64,000 nt of DNA from Octopus vulgaris (GCA_951406725.2 OX597822.1:117986001-118050000); one strand, 5' to 3'. Shown: positions 1 to 14,794, counted from the first letter of the stretch. Notes: generated from the letters alone by a model not told the origin. Translations and numbers: made by a program.

Positions 1-171
<171 letters not shown>

Positions 172-779
172 GTTATCGGTGGTGATATGGGGAAGTGAAG
201 AAGAGGGGCAGTACGATTTATATTTACTCTTTCATTGAAACCAACAAAAAGTTATATATAGCCTCTGCTGCTGCCTTTATAATCATGTCAGCACTTACGT
301 TATTCTTCTTTTCAGACTATGGCCTAATGAATGTGTTCTGCAGACCAATTTAACAAGTCGATCGTTCCAAATCAAGCAAACGGTTAATCAATAATCATGT
401 GATACGTAAACCAAATATACCAGCATTCTCTTAGTCACACTTACAGCGACTGGGTCATTGCAACAGCTGGTCAGTCTATGTCTATACGTAACACTATAGA
501 TGTTAGTAAGCACTGGAAATAGAACAAACAATAGTGAAAAGAAGAGAAGTGAGAATGTATGGCTGGTCGGCTGGTCGGCTGGTCGGTTGGAGGGCGAGTT
601 AAGTGTTGGATTAAACAGCTGAGGCTGAAGGAAAATGGGTATACGTATATATGTATGGGTCTCTGTATGTGTGCGGCTATATATATATATATGTATACAA
701 AAATACACTTACGTATATGTATGTATATACCTACACGCGCAATACACGTAAATACATACATAGCAGGCATGTATGTTCT

Positions 780-1106
<327 letters not shown>

Positions 1107-1307
1107 GTTTTGCGAAGCAAACAAGAAGCATGGAACACGAAACATGAGTATATATTTCTGTATTTTTTATCTCTATTTATCTGAAGTAACAGAATGACTC
1201 AAGGACTGAGTGCTTGGTGCGTTGGCACTCACCAAAGTTTCATAAATATTAACGCACAAAACTCTCGGTCCCTGAGTCACTGTTATTTCAGTCAAATATT
1301 AATAATA

Positions 1308-1341
1308 TGTACGTATGTATGTACGTATGTATGTACGTATG

Positions 1342-1375
<34 letters not shown>

Positions 1376-1609
1376 TGTATGTACGTACGTATGTATGTAT
1401 GTATGTATGTATGTATGCATATATGTATGTATGCATGCATGTATGTACGTATGTATGTATGTATGCATTATATATTTTATGTTGATATGTATACATCAAT
1501 ATATATTTATACGTAAATAAGTGTGTATATCGAGAGAACTAAAAAGACTGTAAAAGATAGATAGATAGGTAGATGGATAGTGAGAGAGAGAGAGAGAGTG
1601 TGTGAGTGT

Positions 1610-1672
<63 letters not shown>
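1308..1672. repeat. Compound microsatellites (TATG)n, (GA)n, (GT)n
   Basis: Direct reading of tandem arrays. Confidence 0.97.
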
Positions 1673-1675
<3 letters not shown>

Positions 1676-2936
1676 GAAGTGAGGTTGAGGGTTCTGTTTG
1701 TGGAAGCAGTGTGTGTAGGTGTGTAATGCCTCGTTTGCTTGTAGATCATGTGTTGAATGACAAAAAGCAATTTCATGAGAAGAAATTGCATTCGGTCAGA
1801 AAGTAATTTCTAATGCAAAGAAGGAAACTTACGAGGCGTCTACCCTAAACTTAAAGCTACTTCTTTCCCTTACACGTTCGTGATGTTCGTTTTTGTTTCT
1901 CTGCCGCTGCGGACGAGCAAGACGTTTGTCTATGAGGTGAATATGTAGAACAGTCGTGATTGATTATTGGACAGCTAAGTGTCATAGCAATGTTTATTCG
2001 TTGCTCTAGTTTTCTTTTTTCATTATTATTATTATTATCGAGCTGCAAAACAGAAGCGATTGTTGTTTGTTGTGAGATGTGGATCTTCGCCTTACTCGTC
2101 ACTACGCCTCATTCATCTGAATTATAAAGTCGGACAGTTTGTACTTGAGACCCTTGCACTTCGGAAGAATATATGAGAGCACATAAAATTCTCTTTGTCG
2201 CTGTGAATATCTGTGTACTTTGCTTTGGTCACTTCATCCGTCTGGTCAGACTTCTCGGCAGAATCACATCCATGTATATATGTCATACGACGGTTGGTGA
2301 CTGTTTTTGCTATTTCTTTTCTATTTTCCAGAAGAAATTCTTTGCCAGTTATTCAGTAAAATCTGAAGATATTATATTTCCTTTTATTTTATTTTATTTC
2401 CTTTTATTTTATTTTATTTTATTTTATTTTTGTCTATACAAAGACTGGTCAGTTGGAAACGGCATTGCTTTGCGTTGATTGCCATTATTCACTTGTTTTG
2501 TTATTTTCGTCGGTAGAATTTTGTAGCAAGATACCGATTTCGTGCTCCTAATATCAGACCTTCCGTTTCTTTAGCTTCCAGTCTAGAGTTTTAAAGGCAT
2601 TGTTGGCTTTCTTATTGATTCACTTCCTTTCAATTCAATTTTGCAGAATAGCGATCACAGATAGAAATTTCTCTAAAAGCGCTCTTTGAGTTTTTATCGT
2701 TTGCAATCTTTTTAAAACCATTTCTATCGTATTCTTCTATTTAACTTTTTTTTTCCAGTGCGTTTAGCTTCAAGTTTTTCTTCTATTTTTCTCCTTAAAC
2801 AGAGATTCAAAAGGCAAAAACACAACCAAACAATACTTTAGGTTTTTATCTATATTTTTCATTGTTGGAGAGTTTCCATGGATTTACTCATTATATTTTA
2901 CTTTCTTTTTGCAAATGATAAAGCTCCCACATCTTT

Positions 2937-2977
2937 CATCAACATTTTCAGACCTTCATAGGGTCATCTTCAGAATG
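2937..2977 (-). ncRNA. Degenerate minimal hammerhead ribozyme motif (Penelope-type)
   Basis: Minus strand reads catt-CTGAAGA-tgacc ctatgaa ggtct-GAAA-atg-TT-gatg. Stem I is catt/gatg and stem II is gacc/ggtc; stem III is decayed. Confidence 0.35.
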
Positions 2978-3699
2978 CAGTAATATAAGCTTGTGTTGCT
3001 GCTTCTCTATAGCATTCTGGACCAATACAGTTCATGTAGACATTAATCCCGAAAATTGAATTTTGGCCGTGGGGTTTATAAATGATCAGGTGTTTGTAAT
3101 TAGTCTATGTTGTCTGGTTGAAACCTTAAGAAATATACTTCCAAAGTTATCCGGCTATTTTGTACTAAATTCTGTGAAGTATGCATGTGCTGTTCACCAA
3201 CATTTTCCCACCTAATTATCTTTTGTTTTGTGTAAGCACGGTTATTTGATGAGGGATTTTTTTACTATGTTCTTGCATGGTCAATATAACAGTTGTAGTC
3301 GTGCAGTTTATTGCTTTGCCTTTTGCATCGAAATCACGTCGATCAGATGTAGCTTGATCGCAAGGTTACATAATGTAACTTGAGGATTTATCATATGTAT
3401 TTTTTTAATAACTCTAGTAGTTTGCTAGGGTATCTAAAATGTTTAAAAAGCAAACATTGTTTTAAATATTCATTTGAAATAATATATCGATAGTTTTAGA
3501 TTCCATATTATGGGTGCTGCATGTGAATTTCACGTAAAGTGCATTGGTGTTGTTCTACTTTACTCAGCGTTACTGTTATGACTAGATTTTATGCTCCACA
3601 TACGATGACAAATCTTATGATTTGGAATAAAAGTTGTTGGATTCGATGCCTTATATTATTTACTGATTTTTCTCCTTAGACTCTGGTCACGTATATGTT

Positions 3700-3895
3700 T
3701 GTATATGTGTGTTTCTGTTTGAGTCTGTGCTTGTCTTCCAATACAGCCGGTCTTCGTTTGTTTATGCCCCATGTAAAGTAGCAATTCAGCAGAAGAGACC
3801 GATACAATAAGTACCAAGTTTGAAAAAAAAAAGTACTGGACCTTTCTTCAAGGTGGTGCTCCAGAATGGCGGCAATCTAACGATTGAAATAATTA
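3700..3895 (+). mobile_element. SINE family A, decayed 3' half
   Basis: agagaccgatacaataagtacc...ggtggtgctccagaatggc matches the full copy at 24976-25404. Confidence 0.75.
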
Positions 3896-4189
3896 AAACT
3901 TTTATTAAAAGATAATTACTCAGTGTTACATATCAGATAACATCTCCCGGTTTATCATCAACCATACCATTTAGATCACAACAGTATTACCCTATACTTT
4001 CATGTTTCATAGAACACACGGTGTTGCAATAATTCTTGTTAGATTCCCTGTATTGAACCTCAACCACACTACGATTCTTTTGGAGACAAAATTATCATGC
4101 AAATACTCAGATCGGTCAACAAACACGTTAATATCAACCAATCTATGAAGGTTTTGTGCGCTTGAAAAATCTGTTCCCTGTTCTCTAAT

Positions 4190-5950
4190 TAACATGTAAG
4201 AAATACAAATAAATTATCCTCATTATTCATGGAGTGCATGAACGTTTTACATTCGGAATCAATGTCCTTGATACCAGATCACAACCATTTTCCTTAGATA
4301 TCAAAGAGCTTTCTTACAATGCTTGCTGTTCCCAAAGAGCAGACTTCTAAATTAATTCATCTCGTGATGACGTTGCCTAAGGCCCCATATAACAATTAGG
4401 ATTACTTTTATAGAAAATCTCCACAGTCGTCGTATTTCCTTAGCCAAATCCTGGTATTTCCTATTTTCTCCTGCTGTTTGACTGCTATATTCATGTCCGC
4501 AGATATAACCACTCTTTTCTCCCCTTGTTTTGGATCCTTATTATGGATCGAGATCCATAATACCTGGTTGCCTTGCATGAAGTTCGCGATCCCCCCTGTT
4601 CATTAAAATCGGATAAAACCTTATCCTGGTCGTCCCATATTACACTTTCTCATTAATGTTCATACCATTTTCTTCCGACTTCGAATCCTCTTTGCCGTAA
4701 TATGTACTAGCGTAGTGATTTTGCCACACAGTCGTGTCTGCGTCTACATTCCATCTGTGTCAAAAAACACAAGTAATTATTATGTGCATAACAGATTCCT
4801 CTTTCTTATTACATACTCTTCGCTTTGCACGTTTCTTGGATTTGTCTATTTTGGTCTTAATGATATTTTCCCCCAGTGACTGTCCTTGAACAATCATTAT
4901 GAGTCCTTCCGATGTTTTTTTTAAGGTCTCTATTCTTGAGCCATGACCAAGACATCCTGCGTTTGTCTGAGTTACTGACCGTGTAGATCTTTTCCCCAGA
5001 TATTTCTTTCTCACTCCTGCTTTCTTCTTTTCTTGTATTCCGTTGCCATCCCTACAGCTCCTTTCTCCTTTCCTTTGGCAGCCTGAAATCAATCTTTCCG
5101 AGTTGTTTTACCATTTCTATACAGTCGTCTTTTGCTATTAGTCTTCTCCCCCACTCCTTCCATTGTAGGTATAACCTATCGACATCAGTGGAATGTAGCG
5201 AACTGTCCGTGGTCATTGTCATCCTGCTTTTACAATCTGTTTCTTAGTTCTTTAGTCCAGTTCAGGAAAGCAGCAGGATATCGTATTAGAGAGTCTGCTC
5301 ATGTGTTTATAGTAGAAATGCTTTTCTCTCTGCCTCCAACCAAAACACTTTGGCACTTGGAACAGTTGCCCCTCATTCATTGTTCAAACCAATGTCTTAT
5401 TTGAGAGTTTAATCCCTTCTAACTTGGATAATTTCCGCCATTTTATCTCTAACATCGCACATTTGTCTCTTCCGAACTGCATGTCAGCATCATTACTAAC
5501 AACTCTATCAGTTTGAACCAGTGAATCTAAAGCTTTCTCACTTTTAGCAAATAATTTCAGATCGTCCATAAACGGGAGTTTCTCACCATTGCTAAATTCG
5601 TAGCATAATTTAACCCCTTTCAAAGTCGATGTAAGAGGGATAAGAGCAACCAGGAATAGCAGTGGTGAGAGTGTATCACTTTCGAATATCTTGACTTGAC
5701 CTAACTTACCTTGATCTGATGTTAGTATGGCCTCCATTTTGGCACTGTTTCGTAAGAGCTGGACAACATTCTCAGCTATTACAAATAGCTTCAAACGCTC
5801 TAGGATACATGAGTGTGCCTTTTAGCAACCGATACATGTCGTTGCTAGGTTTTCCTTTTGACGTCCTGGAGGGCTTACTGATCTATGATAGGCCGCTGGT
5901 CCATTTGAAACTATTTCTGTTCTTCTGGCAGAAGATCTCATCTCTCGCCT
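4190..5950 (-). mobile_element. Decayed R4/Dong-clade (RLE) non-LTR retrotransposon: RT core to C-terminal region
   Basis: ORF 5384-5794 reads SDTLSPLLFLVALIPL...FMDDLKLFAKSEKALDSLVQ...MQFGRDKCAML (RT domains 4-7). Many frameshifts. The 5' edge abuts a (TTA)n-like tract. Confidence 0.85.
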
Positions 5951-5967
5951 TATTGTTATTATTACTA

Positions 5968-6140
5968 TGGTGACGAGCTGGCAGAATCGTTAGCATGCTA
6001 GGCGAAATGTTTAACGGTACGTTCTGAGTTCAAATTCCGTCGAGATCAACTTTGACTTTCATCGTTTCGGTGTCAATAAAGTAAGTACCAGTGAAACACT
6101 GAGGTCGGTAGATTTCAACCTTTGTGCCTTTAGTAGAATG
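5968..6140 (+). mobile_element. SINE family B (tRNA-like head)
   Basis: gagctggcagaatcgttagca...gttctgagttcaaattcc (A/B-box-like); homologous to 33127-33362. Confidence 0.85.
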
Positions 6141-6239
6141 GATTATTATTATTATTATCATCATCATCATCATCATCATCATCATCGTCGTCGTCGTCGT
6201 CGTCGTTGTTGTTTTTGTTGTTGTTATTATTATTATTCA

Positions 6240-6347
6240 AGCTAACAGAGTCGTTATCAAAACGGCCAAAATGCTTAGCGTTATTTCACCCGTCGCTACA
6301 TTTTTATTTCAAATTCCGCCGAGGTCGACTTTGCCTTTCATCCTTTC
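6240..6347 (+). mobile_element. SINE family B, 3'-truncated
   Basis: aaatgcttagcg...caaattccgccgaggtcgactttgcctttcatcctttc, joined directly to the R4 RT fragment. Confidence 0.8.
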
Positions 6348-8465
6348 AGACTCCAGTCTGATATCAGTACTGAAGGTATACACCGTTTGAACGAGGGAAC
6401 TGACTCGGGCTTCATCTTTACCGTAAAGTTTGAGCTCATTCATGAATAACAAATGGTTGACTATTTGTTGGCGGCTTTCGAATACATACCCAGATTTTGC
6501 TTTCCTCAGAATCAGTGGTATCAATTAAAGTACAAAGATCAGTGGGGACAGGCAGTCCCCTTGGAAGATGCCCCTCCTAATTTATATTGTCCTTAAACTT
6601 CTTTTGCATGCTGTCAGATCTGTCCTCCAATTCGCCATACTTTTTCCAAGCAATCGCTCAACATTCGATGGAATGCCAAATATGTTCATACTCTCCATAA
6701 TCCAAGAATGTGGGATCATATTGTACGCCTTACGGTAGTCGATCCATGACATGGCTAAGTTAGTTTTCTTCCTCTTGCAGTCTCTAAGTACAGTTTTGTC
6801 TATCAGGAGTTGATCATTGGTTCTTCTGCACTTACGCTTGCAACCCTTCTGCTCATGTGGCAGAACTCCATTTTTTTTTTTCAGATGTTCGTACATTGAC
6901 TCTGCGAGTATTCCAATCAATAACTTGCATATAAGTGGCAAACAGGACATCGGCCTGTCATAGTCTACCGTATTGCTTTTTTTAATGTTTTTCATGCACA
7001 GCACTGTCCTACCCAATGTCAACTAATCTGGTGTTGCTTGGTCGGCATTTAACAAGGTGTTGAGTTGTGCAGCTATTCGTGCATGACATTCACCAAAACT
7101 TTTGATCTAGTCACCTTAAACTCTATTTGGTCCACGGGCCTTCCAGTTGCTCATTTCCTTCACTTCCCTAACTGAAATGACTAGTTCTGCCTGTTTTGGA
7201 CAGACCACTGTTTGTTTCCTTTCTTGCAACCATTCAGCATCCTTCTTGTGCTCCTTGTCTTTGCTCCAGATGTCATTCCAAAACTTTTGACTTTCGATGT
7301 TATCCGGTATCAGATTTTCATCTGTACACTCTCCATTTATGTCTTTATAGAATCTCTTCTGATCTACTCTGAATAATCTATTCTGGTGGTAACCCTTCAT
7401 TCTTTGGTCATATTTTACCATCTTTGCTTTCTTTACTACTTTCAGGCCCTTTCTTTCAATATTATACTTCCTTTTCAGTGACCTATGTTTTTGTTCACTT
7501 TTAAGCTCCCCTTTCTCTTTCCCTCGACAGCATGTCTAACCCTGCCTGGATTCTTCTTTTCCACTATGGATCTTTTCTTTTGTCACTCCCATTGTGTTTC
7601 TTTTTCTTGACATCAACACCCACGTTCTCTGCTACAACAATACTTGCTGCCTTGATCAAATTATTTGTTCCTGTGGTGTTTGTTCTGATGTATTTCAGAA
7701 TTTCATTGACATTTTTCTTTCTTGGTTCAATTTCCACCGATCAACCTTTTTTAATTTGCAAATAATGTCGCTATCGTTCTCCTGTAGTCTTGCCTTTATT
7801 CTGTTGTAGATTGCCTTTTGTTCATCTGTCATGTCACCATTAGTTTTATTGTCTTCTTTTAGATCACCTATATGTCTCTCATCAAATAAACTATTACTGG
7901 TCCTTTCCTGTGATATGAGATTACTTTTATTAGTAAGAACTGTATTTTCATTGTTATCTCTGCTGCTATTTCCATGACCCGTTTTTTTGAAGCTCTATTT
8001 CTCTGAACCAACAATTTTTTCTTATTGCTCTAGCCTGATCACATAGTCTCTGTTCCGTGAGTTGAAACAATCCCATTTCTCTCCAATGATCATACATACG
8101 TTGTCGGTAACTCCTAACCCTAACTCCTAATTTGAGCACCATTTTCATCTATCGGGCTGCTCAGGTAGTAACACTCCATGACCACGGCATTAATTTGCTT
8201 GCTCCATCTACCCCGTGTGTGGTGGTCCTTTTCTGGATATGGACAGGCTGAGTCGGCCCAGAATCTCTGAGCCTACCGGGTGTAACACTGTCACCATCAT
8301 TGGCTTCAGTTTCATTACCACCGTTATTCACAATATTTTCTTTTTTCATTGTCACTCATATGAGGTAGCGATTATCAGGTGGCGCAATTACCAGTGTTTT
8401 GATTGTGACACTATCACTATATGTAGCTTTATTAGCCCATAAGGAGGCTCCACCCTTTTTCTTTC
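6348..8465 (-). mobile_element. R4/Dong-clade non-LTR retrotransposon, 5' half including the RT N-terminal domains (pseudogenised)
   Basis: ORFs 8161-8355, 7966-8148 (YRQRM..W...LTEQRLCDQARAI), 7116-7421, 6582-7022 (YDRPMSCLP...EQKGC...DQLLID...[18 protein letters not shown]), a GIFQGDCLSP segment and NHLLFMNELKLYG are colinear. The 5' end abuts (TTA)n. Confidence 0.92.
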
Positions 8466-8559
8466 ATTATTATTATTATCATCATCACTGATATCACTTA
8501 TACCATTGTTTTCATGTGAAGTAGCAGCAGTGGTTGCAGCAACAGCAACAGCAGCATGG

Positions 8560-8720
8560 GGGAGATGGCAGAGTCGTTAGCGTGTCAGATAAAACGTTTA
8601 ACGATATTTCTTCCAGCTTTCTGTTCAGAGTTCAAATTCCGCCGAGGTCGACTTCGCCTTTCATGTTTTCTAGGTCAATAATAATGGTAGAATAAGTACC
8701 AGCCTAAAATTTCACGCCTA
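8560..8720 (+). mobile_element. SINE family B
   Basis: tggcagagtcgttagc...gagttcaaattccgccgaggtcgac. Confidence 0.8.
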
Positions 8721-8799
8721 AAGAAGAAAAGGTTTATGATTATGACTATTATTACTCACTACTCTTATTTTTATCATGTACTCTCACTGCCTGCACTAC

Positions 8800-9185
<386 letters not shown>

Positions 9186-9207
9186 AGTGGTGGAGAGGAA
9201 AGAAAAT

Positions 9208-9513
9208 TTACAGCGACAATGTTCTTCTCAATACGTGTGATAATCTTTTGCCTGGGTGATAAGGGATCATTCTTAAATAATTTTCAGTTCCTTTTTTGAT
9301 CATTCCAAATGCTCCAACCATCACTGGTATTGTAACCGTTTTGAGATGCCATATATTTTCAATTCGGATTAGCAGATTTTTATATTTTCTGAGCTTATCA
9401 AATTCTTTTGCAGAGAAATTATGGTCACAGGGTATACTCGTGGCAATTAATAAACAGACACAGACTTTATTGCTTTTGTCTTTCACAACAATATCTAGTT
9501 TATTTGCTTTTGC

Positions 9514-9514
<1 letters not shown>
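9208..9514 (-). mobile_element. R4/Dong RLE endonuclease C-terminal fragment
   Basis: ANKLDIVVKDK..CLLI..SIPCD.N...KEFDKLRKY..L...IW....IPVMVGAFG matches the PD-D..K-Y restriction-like endonuclease pattern. Abuts (TTA)n. Confidence 0.85.
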
Positions 9515-9546
<32 letters not shown>

Positions 9547-9566
9547 CATTATTATTATTATTATTA

Positions 9567-9622
<56 letters not shown>

Positions 9623-9956
9623 GAGTGAGAGAGCAGTGCATGCCATCAAAGTGACACTGGGGTAAAATATACGAAGCCCAATATACCCATCATGACTACC
9701 CGTCTGATAAGGATACACCAGGCACATGCCTCACAACCATATGTGCGCGACATGGTGATCTCATATCAAGATAAACAGCACATGACCTTGCAGGTGGGGC
9801 CCAGTTAGAATTTTCTTCATGTTGAGTAGCCCATCCCGCTCAAAAGGTCCCTGAATAAGGGTTGTTTAAGGATGTTGAAAGAACCACCCATGTTTCCAGA
9901 GGTGAATTATTCAAACCCCAAAGAATCCCTCTCAACACATGGCTATGATGCTCCCC
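9623..9956. mobile_element. 334-bp non-coding insertion within (TTA)n; probable non-autonomous element or UTR of a TAA-targeting retroelement
   Basis: Higher-GC block with sharp boundaries and pure TTA on both sides. No recognisable ORF. Orientation uncertain. Confidence 0.55.
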
Positions 9957-10408
<452 letters not shown>

Positions 10409-10689
10409 TATTATTATTATTATCATTATTATCGATGAAGCTAATCCGCGACTACCTCATCACCACATGCTCCCACACACACACTTACAGATACTTCAGC
10501 AAAAAGCAACACGTGTTCCATTTTGCCTGTTAATTTATAATAATTATATTGGCTCATATTTTGTCATAAATTGTATTTCAAATCCATATAAACAATGTGT
10601 TCTCGTACATATGTATGTATAAAGTAATGAATGCTCGTATTCCCTAGTACGTGCGTGTGTATGTCAGTTTATTATAGACATACCTAGCT

Positions 10690-10734
<45 letters not shown>

Positions 10735-10763
10735 GTATATATGTGTGTTTAGATATATAGAGT

Positions 10764-10799
<36 letters not shown>

Positions 10800-10864
10800 C
10801 ATGTGTGCATGCATGTATGTATAAACACTGACATCTATTACACAGGTATCATATATATATATGA

Positions 10865-10903
<39 letters not shown>

Positions 10904-11386
10904 CATACTTATGTATATATTTATATCTCCTCTCTTTATGCAAATGCACAGAGATTATCTATTCATATAGCTTTGTATGCGCATATAACTGAATGTATGT
11001 ATACTTCTTTCATTATGTCTACTCGTTATTTCAATACACTAAATACATACATACGTACACAAATGCATACATACATATATACACACACACGCCACATATA
11101 TATCTACATCTCTCTCTTTCTCTCTCTCGCTATATATATATATACATTTAAGAAATAACACTGCCCATTAATTTCCGTCGTGTCCTGAATGCTATAAAAG
11201 TTGTTACTGAATAATCGTTTTGTAGTTTCAACTAAACAAAGACAAAACCAGAAAAAAAATAGAATGTATTAATTTTTCTTACATGTCTCATATATTTCTT
11301 TTTCTGTTTTCTTCTCAGCCCTGAAAATTACACACTGTAACTGTCAAAACTTTAAAACCCTGAAAAACTTCCATTAGTTCGGTTTG

Positions 11387-11413
11387 ATGAAAGCGATCTC
11401 GAAGCCCAGCTAA
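11387..11413 (+). promoter_or_regulatory. Short upstream ORF (MKAISKPS*) in the 5' UTR part of the exon
   Basis: ATG AAA GCG ATC TCG AAG CCC AGC TAA, out of frame with and ending upstream of the main ATG. Confidence 0.4.
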
Positions 11414-11439
11414 CTTACTTAAGATTTTTTTTACTTAAA

Positions 11440-12505
11440 ATGGACAGCAGTGGTCGGGGAAATGATAACGGTCGGGGCCACCCTCGACATTACTTAACCC
11501 CTGAGGGTAAGAAAATGGATAAGTCTCCTAGTCTTCATGGCATGCACGCTCAAAGTTCCACGGAGACTAGTGGTTTAGGAGAAACCATCACATCAGGATT
11601 TTCATCTCAAGACAGTGTATTAAGCGGCAAAGATCTCGACACCAACTTTTCCACAACCGATGTATCGGTGCTAAAGAATTTGAAGTCACTAACATCCACA
11701 GACACAACACCATCGAATATCGGTGGGGTAGCGCGGATTGGACGCAAGCCTAATATACGTCAGAACGCGACACGCAATAAAAATTACGCCCAGATCCCAG
11801 TGACAAATGAAATTGAAGAAGACATGTATATAAATCAAACCAACTTCGATGCTTTGTTTATGCAAAGCGCAGCCGAGGCGGCAAGGATTGACGATAACAG
11901 TCCTCGTATGACTTCAACAGTTCCCGCAAATTCTCAAAGGGATCACATAGAAGAATGGGAGCGAGGAGGTTCGATGAGAAGTTCTATTCGCAGTCATTCT
12001 TCAATTGGTTCATTTCGTTCGAGAAACGGCTCAAGAAAAAGTCCTCGAAGATTCCTCGGGGCAGGGACCAACTCAACATGGATGAAATGGTCTGAGGAGC
12101 GCAGAGCTTCATATAGACGTCGAATAGAGCTGTTAGATAAACCGAAAGTCGACACAGAAAGAGTTACTACACCCATTAAGAAAGCTCGACAGGAGTGCCT
12201 TAAGTTTGTACATCCAGACTTGGAGAAAAATTATCTTTCAGAGGACGACCTTAACGACTTAAAGAGACACAAGCAGCAGCAATATTATACCTATAGTGTA
12301 ATAGAAAAGTCAAAAAAGGGACGATATCCCGTGCGAACAGAGGTACATTTAACTGTTGCCGAATGGAATATAGTCAACGGTTTCTGGCAGCACAACCTTT
12401 TTCAACGGACCCGTTATGTAGGCGTGGCCATCAGCTTTTTTACTCTGATTCTTCAAATTTTATGTATCACAAGTAACCAATGGATATCTTACACACGACA
12501 AACCA
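11440..12505 (+). CDS. First coding exon of a host membrane protein: long Ser/Arg-rich N-terminus, then TM1+Trp resembling the claudin/PMP22/EMP tetraspan superfamily
   Basis: 357-codon non-repetitive ORF. Polypyrimidine acceptor tttctgttttcttctcAG ends at 11318. In-frame stop TAA at 11353-11355 lies upstream of ATG 11440. Donor CA|GTGAGT at 12506 (phase 1). The C-terminal YVGVAISFFTLILQILCITSNQW is a hydrophobic helix followed by T-x-x-x-W. The family assignment is inference. Confidence 0.85.
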
Positions 12506-12990
12506 GTGAGTAAACATTTTTTGTTTTAATTATTTTAATTTTATTTTCACCTACAAATGGAAGTTTTACTTTTATTCTTTTTTGCTTGTATTTTGGTACC
12601 ACTACCTGCTACTCTCTCGTTTCTTATTGTCTATACTAACAATATAAACAAACAAGTTGCAAGTAGTTATATAGTAGAAGTATGCAAACACGTATTTGTA
12701 AATGCTTGTTAACACAGAGGTACTTATGGGCATCTCGTTTAAAAACAACATTTTAAGATTTTGAACAATTGTTTATCTTTAGCTTGATATCTGTACGGAC
12801 ATTAACGCACACACCCCACTCAGTCGAGACATGTCTATAATAAATGGGCAGTGATAATACTTAAATGCCTATTAAAAAAAAATAATGTTTGTATAATCAT
12901 CTTACTTTGAGAGCGAGAGGGAAACAAATATTTCTGAGAAGCCATATTAACAGAATACGATATTGATGGCTTTTGTACAAATTGACAAGA

Positions 12991-13189
12991 ATATATATAT
13001 AATGGTTTAGTTTTGCTTCTATTGTTTAGTCAGGTGAGCAAGGGAGCAGCTATTACTTTTGATGGGCCTCCTAGATATGTGGAGGAAAGAGAGGGCGAAC
13101 TCACAATTCGAGAATTACTGTAATGGGAAGTAACACAGCATGGTATCAAGTCATGCACACACTGGAGATCTGGCCAGAGTGCGTGCATC
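12991..13189 (+). repeat. ~200-bp dispersed direct repeat, copy 1
   Basis: aatggtttagttttgcttct...ggccagagtgcgtgcatc is nearly identical to 14596-14794. Confidence 0.95.
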
Positions 13190-14595
13190 TGGGGGATTTC
13201 GGTTAAGTGTTCGTTTTGTTAGAATTGTTAATATTCTGTATTGTATATATCACACATGGTAACTATTTTTGTATGCACTATACTATATATACTATATGTA
13301 TTTTATATTGGTACACAAAAGGAATGCGACATTCTGGTATAAGCTCGGTGCTATGAAAGTACATAGTATATATAGATACAATGTAACATTTTGAAGTAAG
13401 TTCAATGTAATAATAGTGTATATTTTATCATAAAACACTGAGAGAATGCAATACTTTGAGTAAGCTTAATATTATAGTAATATATACATTATGTATATAA
13501 TAACATCCTGATCATAATATGTAATATATAATAACCAGGGATTGGTTGATACATAAATATGATCACAACCTGCTGCAGACTGGTGAGGATTTATACTAAA
13601 TAAAGCTATTAGTAGCTTAACTAAACTTGCAATGTATGTCCCCAAATTGACTCCTTAAACAAGATATATGAATGTCATGTTTATTCAATGGAAAATACTT
13701 ATGTTGTGTTATTGGTACTGAAATTTTATTAGCATGTATAAAGCTGCGGTTTATATGGTAACTGATTTTCTGGTAAACCAGTTTTCTCACATTGACATTC
13801 ATTCAAACGTGTCTTTGAGAGATATCCTAAAGCTAGGTGTATTTGTGCAATAATTCCGATCAAATAATTAAAAGACTTTTACCTTTTCTTATGTGTATCC
13901 CTCTCAGTTTCTTTCTCACTCTCCCACTCTCCTTTCTCACCCCCTGTCTCTCTCTCTCTGCGCTACATGCGTTGATTGTATGTATATATGTGTGTGCATG
14001 TGCGTATGTATGTATAAATGTATGTATGTATTATGTAGGTAGGTAGGTACATACATATATATACGAATATGCATACATAAATAGAAATTTTCAAGGAAAA
14101 CCTTTTCTTTGCAAAGGTTTATAAATAAATATGCTACTAAGATGTACTAAGTAATCCTAAATTGTTTTTATATATAATTCGACATAAAAACAAACATTAC
14201 TATTATGTTTGTGTGTGTGTGAGTGTGTGTGTGTATGTGTGTGTGTATGTGTGTGCGTGTGTGTGTCTATTTGCGTGTGTGTGCGTCGTGTTTGCGTTTG
14301 AGGCTCTGAAAAAACTGCAAGGTGTTACTCAGGTACTGAATTATGAGTCCACCGCATCTTATGATGGAAACAAAAACTTTAAGCTAATGAAGTTCACAAT
14401 CGCTTGTTCACTCGTCGTGTGTGCTATGTGTGTGGTGTGTGCGTGTGTGCGTGTGTCTGTGTGTATTTGCGTGTGTGCGTTCTGTGTGCGCGCGTGTGTG
14501 TGTCTGTGTGTGTCTGTGTGTGTGTATGTGTGTCTGCGTGTGCGTGTGTGCATGTGTGTGTGTGTGTTGTGTGTGTGTCTGTATCTGTGTTTATA

Positions 14596-14794
14596 ATATA
14601 TATATAATGGTTTAGTTTTGCTTCTATAGTTTAGTCAGGTGAGCAAGGGAACAGCTATTACTTTTGATGGGCCTCCTAGATACGTGGAGGAAAGAGAGGG
14701 CGAACTCACAATTCAAGAATTACTGTAATGAGAAGTAACACAGCATGGTATCAAGTCATGCACACACTGGAGATCTGGCCAGAATGCGTGCATC
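14596..14794 (+). repeat. ~200-bp dispersed direct repeat, copy 2
   Basis: Differs from copy 1 by a handful of substitutions; both copies start after a TA run. Confidence 0.95.

Noticed and set aside
316-382. Possible 5' UTR exon of the host gene (ttcttcttttcAG acceptor)
   Set aside because: The donor (gttaat) is weak, and the exon cannot be supported without transcripts.
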